Source: Nemertoderma westbladi (Eukaryota > Animalia > Xenacoelomorpha). From it: a DNA stretch of 64,000 nucleotides. Below are positions 62,461 through 64,000 of this stretch, piece after piece (within the stretch, counting starts at the first letter, position 1; every line of letters starts with the position of its first letter). Position numbers and translations under genes: made by a program. The notes beneath the pieces are model-generated. The model saw only the letters and a program-made list of their open reading frames with translations, was not told the origin of the DNA and searched no databases. Location: the NCBI GenBank assembly GCA_032718475.1, contig JAUCBJ010002525.1:77-64076 (forward strand). The letters run 5' to 3'.

Positions 62461-63209
62461 AAATAAATAAAAAGTAAAAATAACAATTTTTTTTAACATT
62501 TATAACAGAGGGATCGTAAGGAGGTCTACGTAGCAACAACGGTGTGTGGGAGGGGGTCGATTGACCAATGATAGGGGAACTGGGTGCACTGGTGGGTTGG
62601 GTGTTGGGATCCTACATGTATGTAACCCCTGTAGTTGCTTGCACATTAACGTAAGATGTATCTACCCAATTTATGTAATATATATTCCGGTACCTAACAG
62701 GATACTGCGCTAACTAGCACTATGCTACTTGCACTTATTAATTTGATAATCTTTGAAAGACACGTTAATAAGTGTCAAAGTAAAAATATGCATCTGCTAA
62801 TTTTAAAACATTTGCTGAATTTCCCGAGAACCTGTAGCTTAGGTTAGAATCCCTTGAAGTCAGTGAGATTCACTTAAATTTCCAGTTTTCGTGTCCCACT
62901 CTGTTCTTGGTTGTTGCACCATTGGTTCCATGTCGTGGGTAATACATTATACAGTATTTATTACCGATTACTGGTACTGGGGCCTGGTCGACGCAATCAA
63001 AATTCATCCCTCGCCAGGGAAAATCTACGCAAATAACATGTGATTACTGCCAAAAATCTATTGAGTTTAATTTATTGTTTTGGTTAGATTAACTTGCCAC
63101 TGTAGGTTGCTACTTTCCAAATTGAAAAATTAACATTGAGACGAGATATTCATTCAACGAGATGGGAATTTACTTCATAAATTGTCTAGTATAGTTTGTG
63201 TAAATGTAC

Positions 63210-63461
63210 CTGGGTTATATTTTCACAGACACAGAATCCATTGATCCGTTTATCGGGCGCCACATGCAGGAAGACTGCAGTGTCCTTCTTCCATTTGGGT
63301 ACTCGGTTGATACCGTGGTCTGCAGTGCCTAACTCGGCAGACACGATCTGTCGGATTTGGTCCAGTTTGTAGAGGTAGCGAGTCGGGGCTGAGGAGGGGA
63401 TTATGCGAACTATCCGCGAGCCGGAGTCGTCTTGTTGGCAAATAAGTGCGCGTTTCCAATC
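63210..63461 (-). CDS. ESCO: ESCO/Eco1 penultimate coding exon, 84 codons
   Basis: TAG|GAT...CAG|GT, phase 0. Reads DWKRALIC...KLDQIRQIVSAELG...VFLHVAPDKRINGFCVCENITQ and joins in frame to GFRVL at 52570, matching the ESCO pattern GWK...V..ELG...FL.I...K.V.GC..AE.I..AFRV. This frame is absent from the ORF track. Confidence 0.9.
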
Positions 63462-63685
63462 CTACGGGAAATAAAACATGGGTAAAGTAAGTGGAAGGCA
63501 CCGCATTTTAGGTCCGCGTAGCGAGACCTCTAGTATTCACTCCGTTGATGTATTATATATTTCGCTGTATCTTATGTATATAAATATATATACTTTTAAA
63601 AAATTAAGGTTCCCAGCTGGACTGGGTTCCATGCTGAATGAATGAATGGAATATTGTTGTTAATTTCTCGGATAATGATTGATAT

Positions 63686-63757
63686 GGCCCCAGTGGCTCA
63701 GTTGGCAGAGCGTGGGACTTGGAATCTCTAGGTACCGAGTTCAATCCCCCATTCCGG
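63686..63757 (+). mobile_element. tRNA-derived SINE head or pseudo-tRNA, Lys-like
   Basis: A box TGGCTCAGTTGG and B box GAGTTCAATCC are present, but the acceptor and T stems pair poorly. Confidence 0.55.
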
Positions 63758-64000
63758 TGAATGTAGCGAGATTCAACTATTCTGACAGAGTGGATGAGTT
63801 TTAGGAGACTTGGCAAGTTTTTAAGAATGCGTTTAAGGCGGAAGGCGGGAGAGAAACTGCAGAGACTCAAAGAGACTTCAAAGAGACAACACCAAACTGT
63901 TAAAAGGGTAAAGGAAAAAGAGTTGAAACTAACAGGTTCGGGGTGAACTACTGAAATAAAGGAGGTAATTGAAATATAATAACATATTGGTTCACTGAAT

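Noticed and set aside
63250-63501. 83-aa ORF from the track
   Set aside because: Wrong frame; the real reading frame is the ESCO exon 63461-63210.
63686-63757. Functional tRNA gene
   Set aside because: The acceptor and T stems do not pair, so it is more likely a SINE head or pseudogene.

Overview
AT-rich, transposon-dense window from an invertebrate-animal-like eukaryotic genome (GT-AG introns, no prokaryotic features). Host genes: an intronless KIF7/KIF27-type kinesin-4 (8439-12251, -); the last two coding exons of an ESCO/Eco1 cohesin acetyltransferase (63461-63210 and 52570-51833, -), whose 10.6-kb intron contains an intronless antisense cold-shock-domain/Gly-Tyr-rich gene (56587-57078, +); and two unassigned exon candidates (near 1.1-1.4 kb and 33.8 kb). 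Most of the rest is mobile or repetitive DNA: 43/47-bp and 28-bp tandem arrays, Mutator-like, P, Merlin, piggyBac-like, CMC/EnSpm-like and Helentron-like elements, a near-intact Mag-type Gypsy LTR element, and RTE and CR1-type LINEs, often nested. The least explained part is a GC-richer 47.9-50.8 kb island of tightly packed, decayed Cys/His-rich ORFs that may be an endogenous viral remnant. All family calls come from motif recognition by eye; no searches were run.
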